A DNA stretch of 64,000 nt from Macrostomum lignano. Lineage: Eukaryota. This document shows positions 11,594 to 22,864 of the stretch, piece by piece. Both the position numbers and the translations under genes were made by a program. The notes below the pieces were generated by a model. The model was not told where the DNA came from. It ran no database searches and saw only the letters and a program-made list of their open reading frames with translations. Position 1 is the first letter of the stretch, and every line of letters begins with the position of its first letter. The DNA is taken from positions 62,001 to 126,000 of the forward strand of contig NIVC01002708.1 of assembly GCA_002269645.1 (NCBI GenBank), given 5' to 3'.

Positions 11594-14500
11594 TTAGAGC
11601 TTGAGTTCCATGCCGATCTCAGGCAAGTCCGGGTCGCCTTCGGTGAGCACCTCCGGGTGGCGCAAGCTTGGTTCAAACAGTTGGCTGCCTCGCAGATCAG
11701 GCTGTGCTGCGGGCTGCTGTTCCGGAGCGGGCTGAGTGGCAGATTCGGCTTCGCTGTCTTCGCTCGACTCGTAGGGCAACATTGGCCACTCAGTCTGGCG
11801 CAGTGGCTCCTGCGGTCGATCTGCCATCATCTGCGGTACCTTGATGATATTGTTGCAGTAGACTAACATTTCCGCTGGGCGTCCTCGTTGAGCTGTTGCA
11901 GGCCAGATCCAGTACGCGACTTCGCCGACTTTCCTCTTGACCTTGTATATACTTTTGTACGGCCGATGGAACTTAGGCTGCTCGCCTAACTCGAGCTTCA
12001 GGTTGGCCAGGCAGACAAGATCTCCAGGCTGCAGTTCCATGGGCTTCAGTTGATTCTCGTAATACTCTTCTTGGCACTGGATCTCGGTTCGCAGGCGTTG
12101 TCGTACAATCCTCTCAGTCTTGGCCAGTCTATGCTGATGCTTAGGGATGTACTTGGGGAGATCAGGCGATACATCAAGGTGGTCTAGGGTGTTGTCGATC
12201 GGATATCGATAGGGCACTCCATAGACAACGTAATGCGGCGAGAAACCCGTCGTACAGTTGACAGCTGATCTTAGTGCAGTCAAAGCAGCTGGCAGCATCT
12301 TGTCCCATTGCTGGTGATCTTCTAGGAGACAAGTGAGCACTTTCTTAATGTTCTTGTTGCACGACTCAGCTTGTCCGTTAGCCCAGGGCGAATATGGCGG
12401 CGTCGCAGACTGTCAAATGCCATATACTTCGCAGAAATGTTGGAACTCATGCCCTGTGAACTGTTTTCCTTGATCGGAATGAATCCATGCTGGAATTCCA
12501 GTGATCGGAAACACTTGTTCCTGCAGGAGAGTTATAATCGTCTTGGCCCGCTGATTCTTCATGGCGAAGGCGAAGGGGTATTTTGACGTAGTGTTGACGT
12601 AGGTCAGGATGTACTTGTTGCCTCGGTCTGTCGGGTCTCCAGTGGGGCCCATGATGTCGATTGCGCATTGCCCATAGATTTTGCAGACTGGGAACGATTG
12701 TACGTGTGCTGGAGTTCGTCGCTGTCCTTTGCTCTGAGTGCAGGTCTGGCAGGAAGCGACATAGTCAGACACTGCCTTGGCCAGGGCAGGTCGCCAAAAC
12801 CTTTCGCGCACCTTCAAGATGGTGAAGTCTCGGCCCATGTGTCCGCAGTACAACGAGCCATGCAAGTTGGCAAACACAGTGGAGTCGAGACTCTTCGGCA
12901 GGATGATCCGTGCTTTCTCCTCCTCGCCAACATCGTCAAGATGAATAACTAATAGTCCATCGTCTCGGACTTCGAGCTGTTCATAGAACGCTAAGAGATT
13001 TTGCTCATCTCTCATCAAATTCAATCGCTGATTTAGTGGTGGCTTCGGTCTTCGACTTTCGATTAAGTTGATCATCATTGCGATAGCAGAGTCAGCACGC
13101 TGATGGGTCTGGAGCTCCTCGCGATTGGATGTGATCTGTCAGGTTCAATGTTCAGCATCGGTCGGTAGAATTTGTTGGCGCGGCATCGGCTGTGGCAGCA
13201 TGGTTCGGGGTCTGGAGCTCCCTCCGCATGGTCGCTACTCTGACCGGTTGCCGGGCTGTCGATGAATTTGAAGGCCGATCTTTGTCAGTAGTTTCGGCGT
13301 CACTGTCATCAGATTTGGAGTCGTCAGCAAATGTTGATGAGTCAGCAGAGCTGTCGGCATCGCTGCTGAATCTCACCTTCTTCTTGAACTTAGGGCAGCG
13401 AGCAGGTTGGCAGCAGTCATCTCGGGCTGCGCTGTGGTCACTGTCTTCGTCGCCTTCAGCTAGTAACTCTGTCGTGCTGCTAAAGCTAGTAGGCGACCTC
13501 TGAGAGTCCCGGAAATGGCTGGCAGATGGCCTCGGCTTCGTCGCTGGCGGGTGCAGCTCTGTCAGCGGCTTGCTGTCGGCTGTTGATGTTGCTGGCAGCG
13601 TAGCCTCGCCGTTGGACTCTTTCTGCTTCGTTGGCGGTTTCCGTTGTTTACGTTGGGTTGACGGCTTCTTGCTCGGCAGAGGGCTAGGGTGGCTGCTGAC
13701 GTGGACCTTCGGCGCCGCTGCACCAGTTATCGCGGCTGGCTGCTTACTTTGGTCTTCGTCTGCTGCCTCTCGCTGAGCCTCTTCCAGGCATTCGGCGTCG
13801 TCCTCAGGCCGTCTTGAGAGACCGTTGGCATTTTGATGCTGACTTGATTTGCGATGCTGGATCTTGAACTCAAATTCGCTTAGTCTCTGTAGCCATCGTC
13901 CAAAGATGCCTTCTTGTTGGGTTCGCCTCAGGATCCAGGTCAATGCGACATGATCGGTTCAGCAGATGAACTTCTTGGCCAGCAGGTAGAAGCGGAGATG
14001 ACGCATACCGTCTACAACTGCCAAGAGTTCTTGTTTTGTAATCGGATAACGGGCTTCGGCTGGTTTGAGTTGCCGGGAGAAATAGCCAATAGGGCGTTCA
14101 ACGCCGTCGGCTTGGCGTTGGCTCAGGTAGGCTCCAATTCTGGTCGCAGAAGCATCCGTGTCCAGAACAAACATTACTTCCGGATCCTTGCTGAACTGTG
14201 GATAAGCGAGCACTGATGTTGAAGTCATGGCTGCCTTGAGCTGATCAAACGCGTCTTGCTGGGCTTTTCCCCATAGACAGTTGAAGTTACGAATCTTCTT
14301 TTCCTTGATTAGGTCGTGGAGCGGAGCTGCAAGTTCTGCATAGCCAGGTACAAATTTTGCATAGTAAGCGCACGTGCAGACAAAACTCTTCAGTTGCCGA
14401 GCCGTTCTTGGTCTTGGCCAGGTCTGAATTGCCTCAATCTTTGCTGGGTCAGCCTTGATGCCGTCCTTAGTTACCACATGTCCTAGATAGTTTAGACTTT

Positions 14501-16024
14501 CTCGAAATAGATGGCACTTCTTGCCTTTAAACTTTAAGTTCTTCTTAAACTTCTTAAACTTCTTAACTTAAACTTCTTAAACTCGCCTAAATACTTCTTC
14601 TATATGCTGCAGGTGGTCGTTGAACTTCTTAGAATAAACAATCACATCATCCAAATATGCGATTGCACTTTTGTAGGCAATCCCATTGAGCACAGCATTC
14701 ATAAGCCGCATGAAGCTGGCTGGTGCTGAACTTAGTCCCATTGGCATGACATTATAGGCAAATTGTCCGCGGTGCAGCGCAGCGAAGGCAGTCAGGTCTT
14801 GATCTTCTGGACACAGAGGGATTTGGTAGTAGCCACTAAAAACATGCTAAATAGCTGGCTCCCTTCGAGGCTGGCGAATGCTTCTTGGATGTTAGGAATT
14901 GGGTACGGAAAGTACTCACACTTTTGATTCAGACTGCGGAAATCTTGTACCATTCTCAGGCTGCCATCCTTCTTCGGGATGATCACTAGCGGGATGTTGT
15001 AGCTGGAGAAGCTCGGTTGAATCACGCCTTTGGCGAGAAGGTCGTCAAGAAGCTGATCCACCTTGGGCAGCAAATGTGGCGGGATCCTTCGCATTGGGAG
15101 ATGCACCGGGTTAGTGTCCTTTAGCACAATACTGTGGGTGACCAGGTGAGTTCGGCCGAGATCGTGTGGCCCCTGGGAGAAGATATTCTTGTACTTCTTC
15201 AATAGCTTGATGACTTGAGCGCGCTGGTCACTGGACAGATCTTTGCTGATGTCGATCTCCTTGATCCACGCATCGGGATCCTCATCCTGCACTTGGTTGA
15301 CAGAGGCTTCTGGCTTCGGCAGTAGGAAGAAATGCAACTCGGGCAGTCTGATTGGTCTCGCAATCCCGACTAAGGCATTTGCTCGCACTTTAATTGATGT
15401 TGTTCCGCAATTAATCATTTCGATAGCGACTTCTCCATTGGCCATAGATATTAGGGCAGGCGCGGTGTCCAGGTGCTGCACATCGTCTTCGCGACAAGCC
15501 GGTTTGAGCGGCTCGATCATGGCGGGTGTACCTTGATTCTCTTCCCATCCTTTAGCTAGTTTAATCTTGATTCGGGCTGATGATAGCGGCGGCACAGTCG
15601 TGCTCTCGGCCATGTAGATTCTGCACGTTGTCGCTTCGGCTCGCGTGTAGCGGAGTGGCGCAGCAGTGCCATCCTTGAAGTACAGCATCCCGGCTGCGAG
15701 ATCTAGAGACTTGCTGTACTTCTCCGAGAACTCGAAACCCAGGATGTTGTCATGAGATCCCTTTGCTAGCAGAAACTTGACTGTTGGCTCGAAATTACCA
15801 ATCTTCACTTTGATAGACAGTTGGCCTGCCATCTGAATAGGTTCGCCATTGTAGGTCACAATGCGCTGCAGGCAGGGCTCGATTTGGCCACGCAGGGTCG
15901 GGTCATTGGTACATAGTCGGTGCCAGGTGCTGAATCCGAGGACTTCGCACTTGGACCCGGTATCAAGCAGAAAAGCAAAATAATGACCCTGAATCTCACC
16001 AGTTAGAAACGGATCCCTTCGAGG
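11594..16024 (-). pseudogene. pol: Gypsy pol (protease, RT, RNase H, integrase), disrupted
   Basis: FLLDTGS protease (DTG 15956-15964). RT YLDD at 14646-14657. Motif-A region frameshifted near 14840; micro-duplications at 14541-14590. RNase H TDAS...ELLAV with TGA at 13959-13961. Integrase HHCC and D,D,E, with a frameshift near 12420. Confidence 0.95.
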
Positions 16025-16110
16025 TCACTTGGGTGCAAATGTCTGTACAGGTGCGGCGGAGGCGGTCTCAGCAGTGGCCTGCTGAGCGACTAAAGTCCTC
16101 GGCGGGGACT

Positions 16111-17746
16111 TTAGTGCTGGCGCGGCTGCTGGATGGCGCTGCCCCCGATGGCGCGTCCAGTCCCATTTCCCAAGCTGCCGTTGCGCTGGGACGCAGTGCT
16201 GGCCGACCGTCAGTGCGGGCACTCGTCGGTGCGGTGCTCGCAATTGCACCTGTAACACATGGCACTCTGCCGCCGTAGCTGATAAGGCGGCGGGCGTGAA
16301 CTCGACTGCGGCTGCCGCTGCTGCTGTTGCTGCTGCTGCTGCTGGTTGTTGTTGTTGTTGTTGTTTGCGCTGAAGGCGCGAACATCCTAGTTTGCATCGT
16401 TCTTTTTCCACTTGGTATGGTACCAGGCCCAGTACCGGAGTGCCTCCTCTGGATGCTTGTTGAGGTGGTGCAGCTCCGTGGGCCCATCCAGCCTTCGCCT
16501 GATCTCCGTGGCCGGGCACTGACTGCTCACATGTTCGACCATTTCTTCTTGCTGCTGCTGGTGCGGCTGCTGCGGTTGTCAACGTTGACCTCCTGCTAGC
16601 GGCGTCCTTGACGGTGGATTGCTGCCATCTCGCAGTTGCTGAAGTCGATGGAACTGGTCATGCTGCATGTGGCGTGTGCCGGGTGTCGTAAATTGGGCAC
16701 CTTCGTCGGCACTGCGGCGAGGAGTCGGAGGTACCAAACATCTGGAGCGTTGGCCCAACGAGTCCCGCGGCTGGTGGCAAGCTGGTTCCCATGGCTCCGG
16801 GGTGTCATTGTTGCATGACCCCCGCGAGTAGAACTCGGCTCGCCTTGTTGCTCCATCACTTCCCGCAACCAATTTTCCTTGGGCCAAGATGACTTGGCGT
16901 CGTGTTGCACCCCAGTGGGCATCTGACTGTCATCATCCTCGAGAACCCAAATGTGTCTCGCTGCTGGCGGCAGTGCTACTCGCTAAGCCAGGCTAGCTGC
17001 TGTCTCTAGGCGTAGCACAGCCTTCTCGCGGCAGTCAGACTCGGCGGCCATACCAGGATTAGCTGCTCTCTGGCTGACTGGGCGATTCGCACCCCCACGG
17101 TGAACTGGTCCACTAGCTTGGCCTGCTTCTGAACCGGGGTGAAGTGTGGAAATGCTCTATCAGCCAGAGCAATTAGTTGATCTCCATAGTCGTCAACGCT
17201 CTCATTCTTGCCTTGCTGGCAGGACCGGAATTGCTCGCAATACTCCAGCATGTCGGCCACATGCGTGAAGCGCTCAGACAATCGCTGTTTGAACTCGTTG
17301 AACGTCAGATTGTCTGGCAGCTCCATCCTGACGACTGCGGGATAGGTTGTGGCAATGTCCAAGTTTACTAGGACTTCCGCCTTCTTACATCTGTTGTCCA
17401 CGATCCCGTTGAGCTCGTAATGCTCCTCGAGAGCTTGGATCCAGACGTCAAAGTCCTGGTTTGGGGTGTACCGCTGAATCTTGACTGGTTTCGGCGCTGG
17501 AGCTCGGTCAGGCTGTTGGGGCAGCTGATACACGTGGTGATGGTGTTGCGGCTGTTCCAAGTTGGCCTGCTCCAGTCACCGTCGCACCTCTTTGGTCACC
17601 GCACGGATCATCTCGTCATATGTCGGTCTCGTCGCTGAATTGTCGGGGCCTGCAGCATTAGCTGTCGCGTCCGCGGCCATTGAATTAGTAGTTGAAGCCA
17701 TAACATAGATTCTGAATGACTCGTCAAATGGGTTATGGCGTTCCAT
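16111..17746 (-). pseudogene. gag: Gypsy gag, disrupted
   Basis: ATG at 17746, just after the PBS. Capsid-like segment FDVWIQALEEHYELNG...QGKNESVDDYGDQL. Several stops. CYRCNCEHRTDEC knuckle from 16257. In-frame G GGA AAT slippery heptamer at 16171-16165. Confidence 0.8.
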
Positions 17747-17764
17747 ATCCCACCGCTGCCACCA
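17747..17764 (-). other. Primer binding site complementary to tRNA-Leu 3' end (TGGTGGCAGCGGTGGGAT)
   Basis: 18-nt match to the conserved eukaryotic tRNA-Leu end ATCCCACCGCTGCCACCA, 1 nt from the LTR. Confidence 0.9.
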
Positions 17765-17765
17765 G

Positions 17766-18807
17766 TGAGGTGGGGGAAAGAAGAGAAAAAAATTTTGAAC
17801 TTGACAACTGCGGGAGCGGTTTTCTTTAAACTTTAAACTGCCGCCTTCGTGATCTTCGGCACTTGTAAAGCTGGAAAAATTTGCAGAAAATTCGGACGCT
17901 TTTTTCCTATTTTACTCTAATTGCTGGGTTCCTCAGGTACGGGGGGTAGGGTAGTCATAATCGTAGCAGAGTGGTCGTTAGAGCAGCACGGTCGTTCAGA
18001 TGGTAGACACCGTAGATTTTGACACCGTAGAATTTGCGTGTTGAATGTGCTGATCTGCTTACTTTCAGTAGGGTAGAGCTGCCACCACCGTAATTTACGT
18101 ATTATGGAACGTTGAAGTCTCAGACCTTCTTTGAGTTGAGAACTTGTTGTTTTACGCCCCACAGGCAAATAAGTTAATATAGACTAACAAGGCTTCAGTT
18201 AATTGATAGGAAAATTAATAGCAGACTGTTTACGGTTTTATTAAGTCGACAAACGATAGTGATTAAGTATTGATGCGACAGAGAGCGAGATACAATCGAT
18301 GAAGTGGACCTGGCGTGCCGGGGTGCTAAACTAACCTATGATTCTTAAGCTTTATTGATAGACTAAACAGCTAATTAAAAGTTAAACACAAAAGGCAGAG
18401 GGGTAGGTGGAGGAGGAAGAAAAATAAAAAAAGGTAAAAAAGTTAGTAAAACGCTGCGATTTCGCATTGATTAAATAATACACGGAGAAGTTAGGACACA
18501 ATTTGGGGTCAACAAGGCCAACGCTGAGATCAGTTACGGGATCCAGCGATGGGGCATCGATTGGAAAAACAAAAAAATATTGAACTGAAAATAAGCAAAG
18601 TAAATTAGGCATAGGGGTGGGGCAACAGAAAGGACCACAGACAGGAAAGGGACAAACCACACAAGGGCGCAACCGCGGGACCAACCAAAGGGGCAAACCC
18701 GGGAACGAGAGATGGCGGGACACATCATTTCGCACCTCATGGTGGACAAAATGGGCCTAACCTGGGGACAAAGCAAAAAAAACACCGGTGGTAGCCCACC
18801 TACCACA
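17766..18807 (-). repeat. 5' LTR of Gypsy element 1
   Basis: Direct repeat of 8113-9153, adjacent to the PBS. Confidence 0.95.
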
Positions 18808-19778
18808 ATATCCTCATACAAAATCATAACAGTATAAGCAAACAAAGTTTCAAAGCCTTTGCTTGCTTTTGTTTTTACCTTTGCTTAAGCAGAGTTTGGC
18901 AAGCAAAGTTTAGCAAGCAAACTTTGGCAAGCAAATTTCTATAAGCAAAAGTCCCTCAAGCAAACTTCAGCAAGCAATTTTCTTGTAAGCAAATTTCATA
19001 GACTTTATTTTATTATACTTAGGGGCCTATCATAGCAATATGCAACTACTAGCCAACCTAACTGATCTAGCTAGTATAAAATATTAGGCCCAATAAATTT
19101 TTAAGATTTGTGATAATATAATTTAAATACACTTATTGCCAGCAAATTGCAATCTAGCAATATTGGCACTAGGTTTTTTAAGTTGGAAATCCAATTGCTA
19201 GCTGGTCTTTGGGGCACAAAATCCAATTGCCAATGGCTATTTTTGGTTGCCCATTGGCAACTAGACCTAGCCAAATTCTTGAAGATAGAATTGGATATTT
19301 CCAAGGCTGCATTTAAAAAGCAGAAATTTGTTCTCTCAAATCTAAAATTGCTATCTATGTTATAAACACTAACAAACTAATAATTCTATCATATCAATTC
19401 ATATTACAATTTTGTTACACTTACAAAATTATTTTTTTAAATTGGCAACTGACATGGGGAAAATGAAATTACTAGACTAGCCTTTAAGGCCAAAATTCAG
19501 TTGTTAATGAGATTTTCAAGGGACCAAAGAACCTTGTATGGCCCAAAAAACCTATTGCTGGTGGCCAGGGGTTGTTAGGCCAGAAAAAATCTCCAAGCTC
19601 CTTTTAAAGGAACTCCTATATTGCTTTTGCTGTATACAATTGTGGCAACTCAAATTTGGTGGTCTTCATCAAGCAGCTTGGCTATTGCTTCAACTTTGTC
19701 CTGGTTGGTACTAGTAGCTAGCTGTCCTCTGTGGATGTAATCAGGGGGGCCGTAGCCAAGCAGTAGTGCAGCTGCTCT

Positions 19779-19936
19779 CATGCTTGGGTGCAACCTAGGG
19801 ATTCACCTGGCCATTTCTATTGACAACACACACACACATGTAAGTTGCTATTGGTTGAGAGCAGTCACGTGACTACTATTCCATCCATGCCAAACACCAA
19901 TAGAAATGACCGAGTGATTCCCAAGGTTGCGCATGT
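19779..19936. mobile_element. Foldback/MITE-like palindrome centred on GTCACGTGAC
   Basis: Inverted arms at 19790-19822 and 19898-19930, centre at 19864-19873. Same family as 22096-22441. Confidence 0.6.
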
Positions 19937-22095
19937 GTGGCAGCTCTGGTGTGCCAGCAACCCTGGCTTGATTCCAAGTGCAGTCACATTAATTTGGGGC
20001 TGAATTGGAATCTTGGCTTGGCTCTGCTCGTGCAATTAACAGCCTTGAGAGCCAACCCCCCAAGGTGCAATGAAGTGTACATGCCTAATAATAATATAAA
20101 GTTAGGTCCACTATACACTCCTGTGTGAGTGTGTCTATATACATATCTGTGCGCTTGTATGAATGTATGCCTGCTTAGAGGAGTTGGCAGAATGGGCAGT
20201 AATGCTTCTCACCAGTTATGTGCCTATGTCGCTTAAAGTGTGCCAGGGTGCACACAACCCCCTTGCCTCTAATAAAAAAGTGGATGTCATCTTCAAGGCT
20301 TACCTTGCCACATTTGAATTTATTATAATGTCATTTAATGGTATACAGAGAAGGACAAGTTGTGGGGTATATAGACTTAATCTCTTCTCCAATTGCTATT
20401 GGCTTAAGCCCTTTTGGGGTGAAAAATTAATGAGGGCTCAGTATTCTTGCTTGTCTATTTTGCTAAAAATCCAAGGGGTGCTTAGAGTTTGTGGAAAAAG
20501 AATACAGTTAAAAAGACAAAAAGTAAAAATTGTACCCTATATATTTCATATAAAAGTACTTTATAATGTTAAAATCATATTTATAAAAAAACTTTTGAAA
20601 TGACTAAATGACAAAACTTTTTGAACTACCTTCAAAGGCCTATCAAACAACAATGCAACAATAAAGGGCCTATCAACTTAAGACTAAAATGAAGCCAAAG
20701 TGACCTATAGCACAAATGATACCTAATTCTACTCACAGGGTTTGGCAAAAAAGGTGACAAAAATCTAACTTGGGATATGGTAGAACAAGCAAGGGGATAA
20801 TTGGGAATATTATATCAACTTGAGCTCATATAGTAGAGTCCGAGTGATCTTTGCATTTGCCAGAAAGTGATTATATTATATTATATTATATTATATTATA
20901 TTATATGTTATATTATATTTATATTACTATATTACTATTTACTGTCTTAGCTCATATTACTGCATAATATGTTTGAATATCACAGTTGATACAAGGTGAT
21001 GAGTACAATTTTGGCTGGATCTGTTTGGAATGGATTATTCTGGCAGCAAATGTGTGTGTCATCTATTCTGCTCTAGCTGCTCTTAGTCTTAATGGAGCAG
21101 GTATAGTGACCTTGTATTAGCATGTATTAGCGCCGTGATAGGAGACTAAAAACAGGAAATCCAATGCTGTTAGTATTGTCATAGTCCTCTTTGTGTTAAA
21201 TGTGGGTTGTGATCTTTTGACCATTCTATGCAGTGCGATCGAAGTGCAGCAGAGTCATGTGGCTAGGTAGCATAAGTAGCGCATTATCCCAGTGACCATT
21301 GCAAGACTGAGTGCTGCATCAAGATTGCTCTTTTACAATGCTAGAGGCAAACACACAATGCAGATGCCAGCTATTATTAATTATATATAAATATATTACA
21401 AAATAAGGCTTAGGTTAAAGGTTTTTTAAATAAAATATATTTTCATTTGCAATAAGAATAAATAAGAAAAAATATTATAAGGCTGTATAATTAGATAATA
21501 AAAACAACTCAATAAATTAATCTCAAAACTTTCTACTTGTTATTAGCTTAGTTTCATATATAATGACCAGATCAATTATTTTTCAAGTATGTTAAAATGA
21601 TAATAATAAACAGCATAAATAGCAATCTTTGTCTCAATGGCAAAGTGAAGCCTTGCTTAGTTAACTAAAAAAGCTATAAGCTAAAGAGTTAGTTGCAAAT
21701 GAAAAATGCTATTTGTATGCCAACTGATAAAGCAAGTATAAGCAATGTGTCAAGTTCTCAGATAGGCATAGCAAATAATTACAGTCTTTTCAGTTTGACA
21801 TTGTGCATAGCACACCTAGTAATGCTTGCAAGGTACTAAGCTCCTTGAAGTAGTGCCTTGTTTAGAAAGTGGACTCTAGCTCTAGCAGTAGTAGCACCTA
21901 TTTAAACACTGCCAGGGCCTGCACTGTCTTGCCTAGCAGTTTCTGAGTCCTTAACCAGGGTCTTGATTGCCAGTCTCAAGAACTTTAGGAACTATTTGGA
22001 GACAATTCAAGATTTTCAAACTAGCAAAAATACCTAGTGAAATCTGAATTTGTAAAACTAACAAATGGATTTTTGGTTAACCAAGTAAGGCCATA

Positions 22096-22441
22096 CATGT
22101 GCAACCTTGGGAATCAACCGGCCATTTCTATTGGCATCATACACATGTAAGTCGCTATTGGCTGTGTGTAGTCACCATGCTTGGGCGCAACCTTGAGATT
22201 CACTCAGCCGTTTCTATTGGCAACGCACACACATAAGTTGCTATTGGACGGAATAGTAGTCACGTGACTGCTTTCAGCCAATAGCGACTTACATGTATGT
22301 GTTGCCAATAGAAACGGCCGGGTGATTCCCAAAGTTGCGCATGTATGGTAGTCACGTGACTACTATTCTATCCAATAGCAACTTACATATGTGTTGCCAA
22401 TAGAAATGGCTGGATGAATCCCTAGGTTGTGCCCAAGCATC
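22096..22441. mobile_element. Nested foldback/MITE-like palindrome cluster with GTCACGTGAC centres and CCAAT motifs
   Basis: Left arm 22096-22175, complete inner palindrome 22176-22345 (centre 22259-22268), second centre 22351-22360 and right arm to 22441. Confidence 0.65.
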
Positions 22442-22864
22442 GCTCTTTCACTCTGCTGCAAGGTGAACCTTAGGTGAAGGAGCCTACTAGATTTGGCACT
22501 TCTATGCAATCATAAATATACAGACTAGAAAAAATCTGTTTTATAAGCATCAGACCAGCAGCTAACTGATAAAAATCTCTGAATAAAAAACTTTGCTTAT
22601 CTGAAAATGCACAGTGGATGGAAAGCCAGATCATTTGACTTGTAGCTGAATATTTGCTGTTTTTTGATCAAGCCCCATTAGCAGAATTTAATTAGTTTGT
22701 AAAAAGAAATATGCTACAATCCTTCTAGTGAGAATGAAAATAATTTTTTATCTTTTAGATGAAATTATTTTGCCACATTTCAGAAGCAAACCTATCAAAC
22801 AAAAGGAACTTGACAAAATAAAAACTAGTTTAAAAAGAGTTCTTTGGTGGAATTTAAGCCAGCA

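Larger units (their letters stand above)
8113..18807 (-). mobile_element. Full-length but inactivated Ty3/Gypsy LTR retrotransposon (10.7 kb)
   Basis: LTRs 8113-9153 and 17766-18807 (TG...CA, about 2% divergent). TSD ATAT at 8109-8112 and 18808-18811. tRNA-Leu PBS. Domain order gag-PR-RT-RH-IN on the minus strand. Confidence 0.96.
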
